Part shown: piece after piece, positions 1-14,545 of the stretch
Layout: every line of letters begins with the position of its first letter
Position numbering within the stretch: the stretch's first letter is position 1
Assembly: GCF_964355755.1 (NCBI RefSeq)
Contig: NC_092672.1
Location: forward strand, 30,324,437 to 30,388,436
Direction of reading: 5' to 3'
Source of the DNA: Antedon mediterranea
Taxonomy: Eukaryota > Animalia > Echinodermata
DNA: 64,000 nucleotides
Program-made: the position numbers and the translations under genes
Notes under the pieces: generated by a model
The model's input: only the letters and a program-made list of their open reading frames with translations
Database searches by the model: none
What the model was told of the DNA's origin: nothing

Positions 1-670
1 TACATTTATGAGGAATAGAGCTAGGAACCTTCCTAGTAGTAATAGAGCTTCTCTTAATTGCCATGTTCATTAAATAAAGAGTACTACAAATTCTAATATT
101 GGCCATAAGCATTTTGTTGAATGCAAATATCAATCATATCAATCAATCACTTTTATTCACATGAATCATACATATAAAAACAATGATTTGGAAATGTTTT
201 GAAACAGAAAAGTAACATTTCAAAATTGAAAATAAAATATCAAAGTATGAAATGAAACACATGAAGGGGCAGTATTGTAAGCAAATAGCTTTAAGCGTAC
301 AGCCCAATAGTAAGAAACAATTATACTGATTCTCAATAGATATATAAACGATAACAAGTTATTGAAAAAGGAATAATAATTATCACAATCATACCATACA
401 GCAAATAAACCACTAGATGATCTTAGTGTATTTAAGACCGATAGCATTGATACCAAAAACAATGAAACAAATAGATGATATAAAAATGAGTTAATTATTC
501 TCGCTGATTGAGTATTAAATACTAACAAAAAAAAGAGCAATATTATGTTTTAATGAACTTAATACTAACTTTAGTTTTTACATTATGAGGTAGAGCATTC
601 CATAAATTTGCACCTCTAATGTTGACCAATTAATGTCAATTTAAAATATATACACATAATATATAGCTTC

Positions 671-814
671 TAAAGCCCTGTCTGCAATATCAAACTTTAT
701 GTGACAAACAAATGTGATGTGCCCATGGGCATGATGATGTCACATTATTACCAGGTTTGAGCATATCACTACCATATTTTGTCAAATTAGTTTGATAGTG
801 TAGACAGAGCTTTA
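671..814. mobile_element. Short MITE with ~26-bp imperfect terminal inverted repeats (possibly PIF/Harbinger-type)
   Basis: Left taaagccctgtctgcaatatcaaact (from 671) is inverted at the right as agtttgatagtgtagacagagcttta (ends 814). No coding capacity. Superfamily is inferred from the TAA/TTA-like ends. Confidence 0.55.
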
Positions 815-1162
815 GGCTTGTTTGATTATATCATAAAATACCATACCATACTAAAAATAATTATTATTCATACATATAGATAACGCTGATAAAAGATAAC
901 TTTTCATAAGATTTTATACATCCTTATTATGATTACAAAAATAATAAATAAGCGTAATATAATTTACATACACATTATTTACAAGTTTTATGTACTTAAT
1001 TACCATTATCCTTTTACAACCAATAATAATTTATACTTTGGGTAAATTGTAATGCTGTACTGTTTTGTCTAATACTCCTACCACATTTACGTGTACCATT
1101 GACAACAAGACTATTTATACAGTATACTGGTTTTGGTGTAGTCTGTCCATATCGACTGGCAG

Positions 1163-4100
1163 TTATGATTTCTGCATCATTTGCCAAGAAGCTGAGTAGC
1201 CTTTCTTACTGATGCTGGCATCGCTAACAAACGTTACTTCTACCGTATTTCCCTGAGACGTCCACTTCATTGGCATGTCTGGTACAGTGCAAATTCTGTC
1301 TATTATGCCAGTCATCATATCATAAACCTAAAAAGTTAATAAGAGAGAAGTGATTATTTAGAAAAAAATCTCTATTCATTATGAAAACAAGTATTACGAC
1401 ATAGGGGTCCAACCTGGAAAGCTAAAGATAGAATAAGTCTATCTAAAACAACATGGTGGAGGAAAATGGACAAAGAGAGAATAATCTAAGATGAAAGACA
1501 AGGAACGAGGAAAAATAGGCCACCACTGATAGAACCAACTACAGCATTTCGAATTGTCGTTTCAACCACCTTCACATGAATGTTGAGGCTAAGGTACTCA
1601 TTTGTATCAGAAGAAAACAAAGAAAAACACATTCTAAATTGTACTGCCAAAGTTGAAACCAGCAGAAATTCCATAAAGACGATGGATATAGGTTACCGTA
1701 CCAACCAAGATATATTATTTTACAAACCTCAATATAATCAAAGTTGCAGTCCGTTTCTTCTTCAATCTGCAAGTCACGGAAGTTAATTTCAATGTAGGAA
1801 CCATTACCAGAGTCTGAGCTTTCTGCTACCAAGACATTCTTACAAATGACGTCATTAGGATAATTTTCTGGATACAATGGTGACGAAATGTTTCCACCTG
1901 AACCTTTCAACATCTTGCCACATTCTGAAAAAAGAATACAAAAAAGATTACATTCTGTCTTATTATAAGTATTTCATTATTTGCTTTTCGTCTGTTTTTT
2001 AGTTAGTTTTCAGCTTTTAATCGGTAGACATTGGTTTGAACCCCATGTTGATCGTTGTTCAAAGAGATCATATAGGATATACTGTTTTACCCATTATGAC
2101 ATGTATGAAGTAGCTGATTTTGATTGATAATTATAAAGTCTTTCTTAGTTTGGCCCTATTGGTTGGTACTTTAGTTTACCATCAGAATGAATTAATTTTT
2201 CTTTTACTAAAAGCCTCTTTGTCAAGTACCCTAATTGTGTAGCGCTTTGAACTTTTTTCTTTCTCTGAAAAAAAAAAATTGTAAGTTCTCCGCTCGAGCT
2301 CCAAAAACTTGGTAATGGATAGGAAGAGAGCGCCATCTAGATTATTATTCTGTTAATTTACCAGGTCCAGAACAGATAAATTGATCGGAAACAAATATGA
2401 TGAACAGGTTAATCGGCCACAGTAACTAAATACACTTTATAGCTAGTTGGCCTCATGACATACGACCATGGATTCAGAAGGCCACCATCATTCTTACCAT
2501 AGTCAATTGGACAATCGTCGAGTTTACAACCAGTTTGTGTAAACGGTTTACTACTATTACATCGGCTATCTTCAATTGTGGTTAAGTCCGTCTTATCCCA
2601 CCTGCAGTCTACTGTTCTCGATTGTATGCCAAACCCACACGATGCTGAACACTGAAAATACAAATTAATGTAATGTATTGGTCTCTGACAGAAATTATAT
2701 AAACTTTAGAAAACGGCCAAAACTACCGAAGTTGTAAATCGTCCACTTTTCCCTTCTGGGAAATACAATATAGACTCAGCGCATCTGTACTGCATTTGCT
2801 CAATGCATCAAGAGCATATAACTGTAGTACTTTAATACTTTGTTAATGCTTATACTATAGTATAGGCTTGACGACGGGCACAGATAAAGAAGTTTAGATT
2901 TGTTTTTATTTAGAGTAGAAATCACTCAGTTATCGCTATATAATAGGATTTGTATTTGAGTGAGTACAGTATCATTTCATTTCATGGCATGATTTCATAG
3001 CCGCTGTGATATCTAATTATTTCTTACCTCCGACCATTGAGAAGAAACCCAGAATCCATGACACCGTCCAGCGTCACATTCCTGTGTGCTGTGTGGTTTA
3101 CTATCAATGTCACATTCTGTACTGATTTCATTAGTTGGACCTCCGACATACCGGTAACACGTGACAGGTCTTGTTTGAACACCAACTCCACAAGTTACGT
3201 CACATTCTTCCCAGGCATCAATTGACCAGTATGAGCCTATGAGAATGCTGTGAATAATGTGATAAAATTAAAAGTTAAATAGTGAAGTTTAAAACATGGC
3301 ATGGTTTCTAATTTTATTGTGCCCATACATATTATTTTGTATCATCTCTTTTAGGACAATCTTATCCAAAGGACACTTTCCCGTGAAAGGAACGAAAGGA
3401 AATTGTGTTTGAACGCTACTGCCACACAAAATGTATAGTTTAAAAATATTTAAAACTAGAACGCCACTCCTTTTTTAGTGATCCTGCTAACAAACAAACA
3501 AACAGACAAACACATGTTATCGACTACATTATACCTCCTTGGCGGAGGTAAATTACATTTATCGGAACGAAAATGAATAGTTTGCTCTTACTCGTCACAT
3601 TCGTCGTTGGCGCACTCTTCTGTTTCTGATGGGCGTTGGTCTGCGTCACAGAGATTTTCTGATATAACATTTCCATTTATACCGTTCGTACATGATATTC
3701 GGAAGCGCTGTACTCCTCCGCCACAAGTTACAGAACACTACAACATAATAAGAGCTTGTTAATCAACATGTGTTGGTTAAAAAGTTTCGTTGTAGTTTGT
3801 ATATTTTTGAAAAGCATTTGGCACACGGGGCGTGCCATACATATACTTCTAGTAATTGCTATGCTACTTGTGGCAAGTCTACTATAATACTCACGTCTCC
3901 GTCTAGTTCAGCAACCCAAGTATTATCACTGTCTGGTGGACATTCGTTAGTTTCACAGTCTTCAGTTGCGTGTGGTTTCTCTTCAACTGCTGCGCAATGC
4001 TTATCTGCAACCAAGACCACAGCGGTGGTGCGGTAATCCACGCACGCGACATTACGAGTCCTTTGTCTGATTGAACAGTCACATTCACCGAAATAACCAA

Positions 4101-7100
4101 CGACATAAGTAGGTCTAATAAGAAAGAGTGGACATTTGTTTATTTGATGATTGACAACACAAAGTAGAAACTCATTTTGCATATTTTTTTTTTAATTTCC
4201 TCCTGTTGCAGATTTGTTATCTACCATTGTAGCTTGGTTTATGGTTTTCCACCCATTTGGTAACATAATACTAAAGACATTGTGTACACAACGATAATAA
4301 GAATGTACACTTTTAAAATTACTGGTATTGTGTCGGACGGCGCCCCGTACACACTGATAGGTCGTAATATTTTTGTTGTAAGTACGGGTATTTTGTCGGC
4401 GGTCGCCGGACGGCGCCCCGTACGCAGTAATGATAGAATACAGTACTGTACAACGACAATAAAAAATGTAGAAATTGTAATTACGGGTAATGTGTCGATG
4501 GGTAGCCCACTATACGTGTATAAAACCATACCTTTCAATGGATGGATCAACTACGTATTCTGTTGTAGCCTCCTCATTGATGTAAAGTGTTGTTTGTTTA
4601 AATTCTAAGGTAGTTGCTTGTGCAATTGTCGTTGTGATTTGTAACATGGTCGTCTGAGATGGCGTTGCAAGTGGAGTTGTTTCTTCAATCGTTACAGTCG
4701 TTGATTCGCCAGGGCATGATGAAAGTCCTTCACAAACAATAATTTCATCTGGTTTGGTCCCAGGGCAAACGCTGTCATCGACGTGGGAATGGGCACCATT
4801 GATTGTCTGAACGCATAGTACATGACGTGACCGGGTAGCGTAGCCACATGTAGCAGAGCACTGTAAAAAGAGGTGATAGCAAATTTTAGTTAGAGATTCA
4901 TTCACGCGCTTCCTTGAAACATTTATACTATTTATAGTAACATTACGTCATGTTAATCGAAATCTTTTTAAAGTTATGTTTCCCCGGTAAAACATGTTTA
5001 AACGAGTTTAAGAGTCTAGAAAAGTTTTTACATACTTCACCAAACGATCCCTCGATGTATCTTATCTGGATATTTGGATCTTGAGTTGGTGTTTGAGTGG
5101 TTGTTTGTACTGGTGGTTGAGTTGATGGGGCTTGGGTGGTCGAAGCTTCAGTTGTTGCTTGGACTGGTGGTTGAGTTGATGGTGCTCGGGTTGGTGCTGA
5201 TGTTGTACCAATGGTTGGATCACACGGTTCCATGTTGCATATCTGTTCTGTGCTAGGTTTAACCGCCTTACAGTCAGTGTCTTGTGCGGGGTAAGCGTAG
5301 CTCTCATCTCTCCCGACACATATGACTTGCCTAGTTTGTAGTCCACCATCACATTCTGCAGAACACTAGAGAAAATAAAAGGTTGTCAGGACGATCGGGA
5401 CAACGGACGATTAGGCTCAAAACAGTTGGGCCCGATCGTCGTATTTGTCTTTTCCTCAAATAGAACCGATAGAACTGGAGGAAGTGCACATATTATGATA
5501 TTCTTATCATATTTCAATAGTGAAAAAAGGAAACACGACTACCGGAAAGAGCAAGTCTGTGGCTATAGACTTTATTTAAACAAAGCACCAGTTTTATTAC
5601 AAGTCTGAAGTTTCTTATAGGCGACCATCGTAACAACCAATCTACTCGCTCTATTGTTTAACATAACATTACATAACATAACTCACCACATCCCAATCGC
5701 CCAAAAAGTAGTCGTATGTGACTCCTGAATCGGATACTACTGGATCGGATGGACAATCATCAGTGTTGCAGTCTTGTAGTTGTTCAGGTTTTGGTCCTAG
5801 GCTATCTAAACCTTCACAGAATACACTTGAAATCGGAGATCCGTTTGCTGTACAGCCTACAATGCGACTCTGGAATCCACTTCCACAAGATTGTGAACAC
5901 TGCAAATATAAATGTAAAAGTAGCTGCTGTAAATGTGGTGAATAAAAAGTGTCTTGAAGCTTTTTGTCCCTTGCACTTAGCTTAATTGACCAATCACAAG
6001 CATTAGGTGAGATTATTCATCGCCTAAGTTGATCACATTATTCGTGCTGCGCTTACGTACTTACATTGCGTCATAGTGAAAACCAAAATAAACGACGCAT
6101 ACAACTATTTTCACCTTTCCAGTGTCTCCTTCCGTCGAACAGCCAACAAACGGCGCTAATTATAGAATTAAACATTCAATCAAAATAATGTAATATAATA
6201 CACTACTAACAAACCACTTGATTCTCTTGGAACATTTCGTAATACAGCATCACATATGTTTCACATGAATCGCTAGTATCATAGACCATAACACTTAACC
6301 TTACATAATACGGGCACCACATATGAAATATTGACGTATGTGGCGATATAGCACTGATAATCGTGTACGCGAACTACCGTATTAGACTATCATAATGCGT
6401 TATGCCCAAAAGGCTTTAAATGTATTGACGTAATATCTTACCAATCCCCAATCATATGAGACCCATTCGTAGTCTACTGCTGGAGTAGGAGAAGTGGTTG
6501 GTGAAGATGTTGCGATTCCTGTTAATCCGCATACTCCTGCAAAGCACTGCTGCCAATTAGATGGCTTTGTGACTCCTGCGCAGTTTATTTCACTTTGTAC
6601 TTGCGTAGTCCCGACTATCACACAAGTAACCTGACGGAATCGCCATCCGTACCCACACTCTGTTGCACTACACTGTTATGGAAATAAAAGGAATGCATTG
6701 AAATAATATTGTATATTATATGTAATATTATGTAATAATGTAATATTATGTAATAATATTTAATATATGTAATATGTAATATATGTAATATTATGTTACA
6801 TTATGTAATATAGTAATAATATGTGATATATGTAATATTATGTAATAATGTAATATTATGTAATAATATGTAATATATGTAATATTATGTAACATTATGT
6901 AATATAGTAATATGTAATATATGTAATATTATGTAATAATGTAATGTTATGTAATAATGTAATATTATGTAATAATGTAATGTTATGTAATAATGTAATA
7001 TTATGTAATATTATTGAGTGTTTTTGATTTTTGATTTTATCTGTTTTAAATGTTGTTTTAAATATTGTTATAATTGTATTTTGTAGGGGGTTGTGGACAA

Positions 7101-7462
7101 TTTCGTGTTATGACGCATTGTTGCTGTCGCAACCCCCCTTGACCGATTGTGTCAAATGAATAAATGAAATGAATGAATGCAATGGCCAAGTTTGGTAATG
7201 ACGGCTACACCTTGGCACCCATCCGAACGTTTGATATTAATTATATGGTTATTTTGATTTAGTTCTATAAACACCTATAATTCCGTTATTAAGGGGACAC
7301 TTATAATTGGGTCTTGAGATTCTACTGCAATTGTACTGATATATGAATTTAGAGTAGTAGATAAAATACCTGTCCATATTCTTCGATACGCCATTCGTAT
7401 TCTACTTGGCCATATACCACGGCTACCACAAACACAAGTACAAAAGTCTTCAGTTCAAACAT
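1163..7462 (-). CDS. Secreted TSP1-repeat (x8, ADAMTS-type) + CUB domain protein, ~765 aa, 11 coding exons, no metalloprotease domain
   Basis: Exons with GT-AG boundaries and consistent phases: 7462-7370 (MFELKTFVLVFVVAVVYG signal peptide), 6672-6442, 5899-5687, 5365-5036, 4860-4532, 4114-3895, 3737-3592, 3247-3028, 2651-2498, 1924-1728, 1327-1163 (TAA). Total 2298 nt in frame. Repeats resemble W/F-x-x-CSxxCGxGxQxRxVxC...KP...CxxxxC. CUB: CGKMLKGSGGNISSPLYPENYPNDVIC...CNFDYIEV...VTFVSDASISKKGYSASW. T/P-rich linkers in exons 5365-5036 and 4860-4532. Confidence 0.88.
3455..3551 (+). mobile_element. End fragment of a DINE-1/Helentron-associated-like element
   Basis: (AAAC)n-like microsatellite followed by the stem-loop tacctccttggcggaggta (3531-3549). 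Related minus-strand copies occur near 55502-55550 and 56435-56510. Confidence 0.45.
4288..4500. repeat. Intronic repeat with two copies of CGGACGGCGCCCCGTAC; same family as the fragment at 29690-29750
   Basis: Direct repeats at ~4334-4350 and ~4407-4423. The reverse complement gtacggggcgccgt is at 29691-29704, followed by similar tgta...aaattgtaat sequence. Confidence 0.5.
6703..7013. repeat. Low-complexity (ATGTAAT/ATT)n minisatellite in an intron
   Basis: Tandem atgtaatattatgtaata units are directly visible. Confidence 0.9.
7020..7180 (+). mobile_element. 3' end remnant of a non-LTR retrotransposon
   Basis: T-rich 3' UTR-like tract, stem-loop gggggttgtggaca...tgtcgcaaccccc, then aataaa and a (TGAA)n tail. 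Confidence 0.4.
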
Positions 7463-8811
7463 CACGATTATGTTAATTTAATCTACAAACACAAATAATG
7501 ACAATAAATAATGTATAATCATTAAATCATAAATACATCGTAAAACATCGAAAAGAAGCCCATCTTGAAAAAATCTCGAATGCCCATTTAAAATAAATCA
7601 TCCTTGGCTTTTTTTAAAGAATGTATGGTCTTCTCGAGATATTTTATTTTTAATTAACTTCTCACTAAGAAGTAAATTAAAAAAAATATACATAACACAT
7701 ATTAAGTAAAGGATGGGACTAACGTTTGGTAAACACCTCTAAAACGGACCAGTCCCAATTTCACAATGAGCCCAATTATGATCAGTGGCTGCGTATGTGT
7801 ATTACAGTACAGTGGTACATCGGGGACATCTAAAATGTCACATTATTACGCCAAGTATTCATTATTTCTGCCTTAATTGCAAAGGAAAAAATTAATGTGG
7901 GCCTACCCCCTACACGATACTATATAGGTTTATGTTTTGAATGACAAATGAACTAATAATGAAAAAACATAGTTAAGAGTTAAGGTGTTGGTTGATATAA
8001 GGCAAACATTAAGAAAAAGAGTCATAATTTAATCACCTTAATTTAAGGGAAGTATTTGGAGATTATATAACATTATTAAAAGCTCTAGAGGCCAAGTCTA
8101 CTACCGCGTTTGAAACCATCCGTTTTTGTATGAACTTCCTAACATACCCGGACCCTAAAGGATCTTACTGACTGCACCCTTATCATACAACACCAAGCCC
8201 TTTCCTTTCCTTTTCGAATTCAGTCCGATAGGCCTACCCATTTAAACTGTGAGCAATCCTTCGATATTAGGCCACTTCTGTAATCCTAGCTTCAAGCAGT
8301 GAATGCAGACACTGCCTCTATTGTTGAATTCAAAATGATTAGGCCTACCCGTACGGATTTATGGTCGCTAAATTAATTAGGGAATTTGGCACTATAAATA
8401 TTGTCGCATTGTCCGGTAAATTTTGGCACCAATTCTTGAGCTTTTCGCGACTAAGGACATTGGCAAATATTTACATATTATTGTTTCTATTATTACGGTG
8501 ATATTTCTGACAGTTGTGTAGTTATAAATAAATGGCCTAAAGATAAAATAAATGAAGGCACCATTGCCTGGAAGGACTCAAATAATACACTAAAAAAAAA
8601 ACAGTAATTAAATTTAAAAAAAAAACAGCAATTAAAACAATACATTGTTAACGCGTGTGTGGTCACTGTGAAGTTGAGTGATTTTCCAGGATAGAATTTC
8701 GGGTGAACATGCAACAAAAATCTGAGTTACAAAGGAACTATTAAGTAGAACTTGAACCGTACGAGACCCTTAGTTGAAAAGCATGTTTTTGAAAGTGTAA
8801 CATCTAGTCCA

Positions 8812-8880
8812 CGGCAGCGCCTTGATCACTTTAGTGGATATGTGCGCTTTACAAATCTTACAGGCCTATATTATTATTAA
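8812..8880 (+). mobile_element. L2-type 3' tail remnant
   Basis: agcgccttgatcac...ggatatgtgcgctttacaaat...tattattatt resembles the conserved L2 3' stem-loop plus (TAT)n tail. Confidence 0.45.
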
Positions 8881-9899
8881 GAACAGATACTGAATATACA
8901 TAATTAAGCAAATGCCAAAGATACACTAACTCGGTATGTATAAACATGAAATCTCTTCACTAAAAAAAATCCTATTTTAGTGTGATTTTACATTTTGTAT
9001 TAAGGCCTATGGAGTTAACTCTTCCCTGATGGAATATTTATTCTGAAATAAAGTGATCAATTCAATTCAATAACGCGGAATACTGCGGTTTTACCGATAC
9101 ATTTTTTTTCTTGCTTAACTAGACGTGTTATTGATACGAATGGATTTGCATACGTAGGGAAAGCAAGGTTGGCGGGAATGATAAGTCGATCAATAACTTA
9201 GCCGACAATGATTCCAATCGATCACAGTTGCCATGGGCGGTACAGCGGAGAATAGTTGTTACAGGCTACACCTTTGATTCGGAAAAATTAGAACGAGTCA
9301 ACTAAACAAGTAAAACTGATAATTATCAGTTGTGTATCGGTTCTAATAACATGCCCAGTAGGCCTTCCGAAAGTAGGTTCTATTTAAAATATATGACTAA
9401 GAATTTTGTACTGAAAAAAATCATGCTACCTGATATTGGGGCAAAACCATTTTTACCAAACCATTACAAAAAAACAATTTTGAAAACATATACAAAAATC
9501 ATAATACAAAGAACCGGCTACTTTTGTACACATCTATTATCTAAATATATTAACATATAAAAATAATTTGTTGAAATAAAATCGAAACCAAATCGATTAC
9601 TGTACTTATGTTGTTAGAATTCAAATAGCTTAATAGTACGGTATAGTATAGATATTATTATGAACATTGTTTTGACTTTCACCACATCACCTAATGATAT
9701 TTAAAATACAGTATAAAAGATTTTTTTCTGTCTGATTTCAACATCACATTGACAGTACAAACGCTTTTATTGTTATCACCATCATGGTAAAAAATAACAA
9801 TATCAAATAACTTGAAACAGTATAACTGTTATAAGCCATTAAACAAATCTGTAATTTCTATATAGGAATTATCAATATAAATAAATAGTACAATCTTAC

Positions 9900-10045
9900 C
9901 TTTGATAGAAAATTTAATCTTCAAACAGGTTCCTCGCAACAATTCTGCAAATAGTTAAATTCTGAGATCGACTCAATATATAAGCTCATAAAGGCTCCAC
10001 CCTTTTGATTAACCGTGAGTAACCGCACACTTGCGACCAATCACA
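9900..10045 (-). promoter_or_regulatory. Putative promoter and non-coding first exon of the TSP1-CUB gene
   Basis: Minus-strand splice donor AAG|gtaag at 9900/9899, TATATA at ~9976-9981, CACCC box at ~9997-10002, CCAAT at ~10037. The ATG-bearing exon has its own acceptor (gtttgtag) at ~7483. Confidence 0.45.
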
Positions 10046-13000
10046 GCGCTCATACAACCACTAAATTCTGAACGTTTACTTAGTGTCGCAGCAATACAAT
10101 AAGTGCTCCTTCGTACAATAACTTCACATACATGGGTGTAATTATAAAATACCAAACATATTTGTTGGTGACAGGTTCGGAGTGGTACCGTATTCTTATC
10201 GATAGCGAGGTTCTAGAAAACTTATTATCTTAGAATATTAATAATATAATTGACAGTTAAACGAGCCTTATAAGGTTTGGCTGTTGAAAATTAAATTCTA
10301 CAATATTAGTAGTGGAATGTCAGGGTAAAAATGAGAAGCACGTCCAGTGTCCCCTCTAAAATCAAGATTTAAAATCCTTTTATGAGAAATTTTACTTGGA
10401 AAATGCTTTCTGTTCTTTACAGTCTCAACTTCAATCGTTATTTTCTGTTTTCATTCTGTACGTCCCGGCTACTATTTTTTTCTATCATTTAAAAAAAAGA
10501 AATAAAAAACAACCACACTGTGCTCAAGGATCATAGAAAAAAAACCGACGAAAATTGTCATATTTAATTTAAAAAAAAACAAGTTATGATAATACAAACG
10601 GAAACCTTTTAATCCATAATTGTTCATGTACAATCATCCAATAATTGTTAATATCTCATAGTTATTATATACAAATTAGGACCTTACCTTAAATAGTATG
10701 TCCTGTTAAGGAGAGTACCGGTAGTTAAAGTTTATGTAGAGATAACAACAACCTATTAAAAACTATAGTTTAGTATTTTGACTTTAAATATAAGATTTAG
10801 ACACATTTTCAACTGTTAATCATTGATATTATTGTGCCTATACATTTTTTCTTAGCGGAAAAAAGTTTGATCTTTCCCTAGAATGTTGGTATGCCTGGTC
10901 TAACTTGGCAACATGTACAAACTCTTATAGTAATTCTAGGCTTAAATCTGGGTTATTGTCAATAATACCTTGAATGTATTCATCATCCTATGAGTTAAGA
11001 ACAATTACATAGCCACTACCCAGTGATTCAGTATTGTCAATACTGTACAGCATTAACAACAAACCACAGACTTGCAAACAATAAAAGGGTATCCCTTCCG
11101 TTTGAATCATCATGTGCGAGTCAAAGGAGCGATGACGTCACGTTTATTCAATAGAACCAATTGTTATAAATCGGTTTACTGGAAAACTACCTCGATCATT
11201 TCAATAGTGACGGATGACTAAGTAATCAATATTTACATTTGGCAACGCTTTTGAAAATAGAATTATGAAATTATTATAATTATTTTTATGATATTGTATT
11301 AAACCAAGTACATTGTAGACTAATATCTATTACTTCTGAGTGCCTTTGATGTTGTATTCCAGATTTTGTATCTGTCCGCGTTGGCTTACACTGCTATTTA
11401 GCCTTATTTAATAAAGTACTAAGTATCCTAATATTCAGAACCACAATCTTCCTTGCATTGACTCGATCACTTTTTAATTAACCATTGATTAATAAAGTTG
11501 TTGGTTATTACGCTTTAGTGACAGTTATGTCGTTTATTTCCATGATAGACCTACAAGTTATTCATTGCTATTTTATTTATTTATTTAGCATTTATTTAGT
11601 TCATCTCTTACTCATATTAGCAGGATAATATTATATTAATTGTTTTTATTAATTTAAAAAAAAAATGTTAAACGTATTTTGACAAAATAATATTTTCAAA
11701 TCTTTATTTGTTTCGTAGCATGGATGCATGAAAAACTAATTTTCCTTTACAGAACATACAGAATAAACATTTTTAGTATAATATGTCTTTTTTGAAAAGG
11801 CTACAGTAAAACGGGAGTACTTATTACTTCGAACGTTTCAATCTCTAGATTTTATCGACTGACTGTTGACAAGCAATCTGGTCAAAGCATTGAATCTCTA
11901 TGTAATATATTTCATTCTCACAATCTTCATATTTTTAATTACCACAATTTACAAAATGGCTATACATTAAACAAATTATCACATATAAAAGTATTTCATT
12001 AAGTAATGTTGGGGTGATAAAATAAGAAAAATAGTAACAGGTTTACCAGCATGTACCTCAACCTGAACTGAAATCTTATAAACAAAAATATGTAATTATT
12101 CAAGAATATTCTGTTGTATTTTAATAAATATATTAATATCTTGTTTAGAAATTTGTTTAGGTTTTGTTTCATCGGAAGTAACGTAAAATACGTTAAAATA
12201 ATACTGTAGTAAAATCAAGGTTTAATAACCACTGGAAACAATGGGTTTTGAAGTATCTGATTAACACTGCTTTACCTGGTAGGCGCTGAAGCTTTTGTTG
12301 TGGGGAACAATCGGTTTTTGTAGAAGGTCCTTTCTCTATGAATGAACTGAAAAAACAATAGCCGCGGTGTGTAGTTGGTACGCCGGCAGTGAGTACAATT
12401 CTATGGAATGTCATTTTACGATTTTATTTATTTACTTCTCACGTACGAGTTAGTGATATCTTTGGCTTGTTGAGTGTAGTGACTTATTCCTTTGTCCAAA
12501 ACTCAGTTTGTAAATATTATAAAGAGAGGTGCATGTGTGTTACTGGGATTGGGGTTGATTTCGAAACATTTATTTTCTTCTTTTAACATCATATTAAATA
12601 GAAAACAATTGAGTTAAAGAGTAAGGTTACACATTGAAAGTACAGCGGAATGTTTGGTTTGATTTTAAATATTAGTACCAATTTTATTATTTAGCAACAT
12701 CCTGTAAAGTGCGTATATACATTGAGTTAATATTTGTGTGATACACATAGATCAATATCAATCAATCAATTTATTTGGAAATTGCACCTTTACATCGGTG
12801 GCACACACAGGAAGTGGTGCATCCATATTGAACACAATTAACATAAAATGACGGATACGGATACTTAAGCTAATTTAAATTAAAATTAGTACTATATACT
12901 GTATTTGTCTGACATGAGTTGATACATTTTAGTTAAATATATTTATATATATACATAAAGAGGAAGTAGTAACAAAAATAATTGTTGATGAGGATATTAA

Positions 13001-14213
13001 ATTTATCATGATAGTTAATATTGAATTGTGATACAAAATAATATATAAAAATACATTCACATAAAGTCATAAGTTAATACGAAAAAAAATCTTAACTACA
13101 CTTTAACTAAAAAAAAAAAAAATTTATTTCGTTACTCTATTTACAGTTATACATTAGTAGTACCAGACTGGTATTCGTAGTACAGTACACGTGTATATCA
13201 CGTGTTTATGCAAGGAGTTATAACTCCTTGATTTTAATGACTTTTAACAGAACTAAACTTTAAATCAGTGTTAATTTATTTTCAAAAATATGGTCAAATG
13301 TCTAACATTTTGAATTCAAATTTGCTAATAAAGTATTGAACTTAAGAAGCACGGTATCTGGTGATGCCTGTAAAGAAATATATTCGAAAGCAGTGTTCTG
13401 CCAATATAGGCCTAATCAACTTCCGGCAAATTAGGCGAAGTACCGAATTATTGATGTACTATGTAACAATCTAGAGTACACAAAATGTCAAATAACATTT
13501 GTCTATCCGATTGACAAATAGCCTTCGATTGCTCTTGGTCTATGTTTTTGATGGCTAGGCATAATCTATCACTACTAGATCTGTTTTTTAATATATACTT
13601 TTCTTACACCATTTTTAATATCGATTGGAGCCAATTTAGTCTCTTGCTGACAAAACCTGCTTCGGGAGAACACTTGGAAGAGACCTCTCTTAATCATTTA
13701 ACAATAACGAACACATCAATTATCTCAATATTCGGGAGTTTCTAAAAATATTCCAAATATTCTTTCAAATATTCAGAATGCCCAACTGAATTTTTCAAAT
13801 TTTTTCCTTCGCGTTTACAAGAGCCTAATCTTCTTACACAACATTGGTACCGGTCTCTCTTATTGTACGGAAGAAATCCGATAATATATGTATTGGTTGT
13901 TCTATTCATGTCACCGGGGAGTTTCCTCCATTATTCATCAACATGTTTGTATTTATTTATATCAATTGGATCACCGTTCAATGTATATTGACTTTGGTGT
14001 TAACAAATTAACATTTATTTATTTATTTAAGGTATAAAAAACATCAAATTCCAACCAGCAGCAAGAGCTGAAAGGGTTGGATTACAATCATAAACTGAGA
14101 AGAAATGAGAACAAATAAAAAAGAAAAGTTAGTTTTACCTCCCCTTCTTTTATCTATTATTGTGGAGCCGAAATATATATTAATAATATTATATTCAGTT
14201 ATTTTTTCATAAA

Positions 14214-14545
14214 TACCGTATTATTCAAATAAACGCCCGCTTTGAATAAACGCCTTCCTCGAATAACCTCCCCCCATAGAAAAGCATTTTGAATAAACTC
14301 CTCGGGCTTTTATTTTTTCTTCGAATAAACACACCGCCACATGCATATTATATACATTTCTGTTTGTAGTAGAATTTATTAATTGACAAGATAATAATAT
14401 ACAGTTTACAAATCATTTCGATACAATTCTTACTGTATATTATCACTTTTCGATATTAAATGTGTTACCATTACACCCAAAACATTAACGCCTCCTCGAA
14501 TAAACGCATACCTTGAATAAACGAATAATTCGAATAAATAAGGTA
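14214..14545. mobile_element. Tc1/mariner(pogo)-like MITE with internal GAATAAAC repeats, co-duplicated with the TRIM units (also 51356-51686, 60420-60700)
   Basis: TA-flanked ends taccgtattattc... and ...gaataaataaggta. The 51356 copy ends aataaatacggta. Same position in three paralogous spacers. Confidence 0.55.

Noticed and set aside
220-540. 106-aa hydrophobic ORF and similar short AT-rich ORFs (8493, 9330, 35941, 49692, 50623, 52063)
   Set aside because: No domain motifs or splice support; composition is typical of random AT-rich DNA.
8060-8330. Possible degenerate RTE-like retrotransposon C-terminal fragment
   Set aside because: Too many stops and too weak a resemblance to support without a search.
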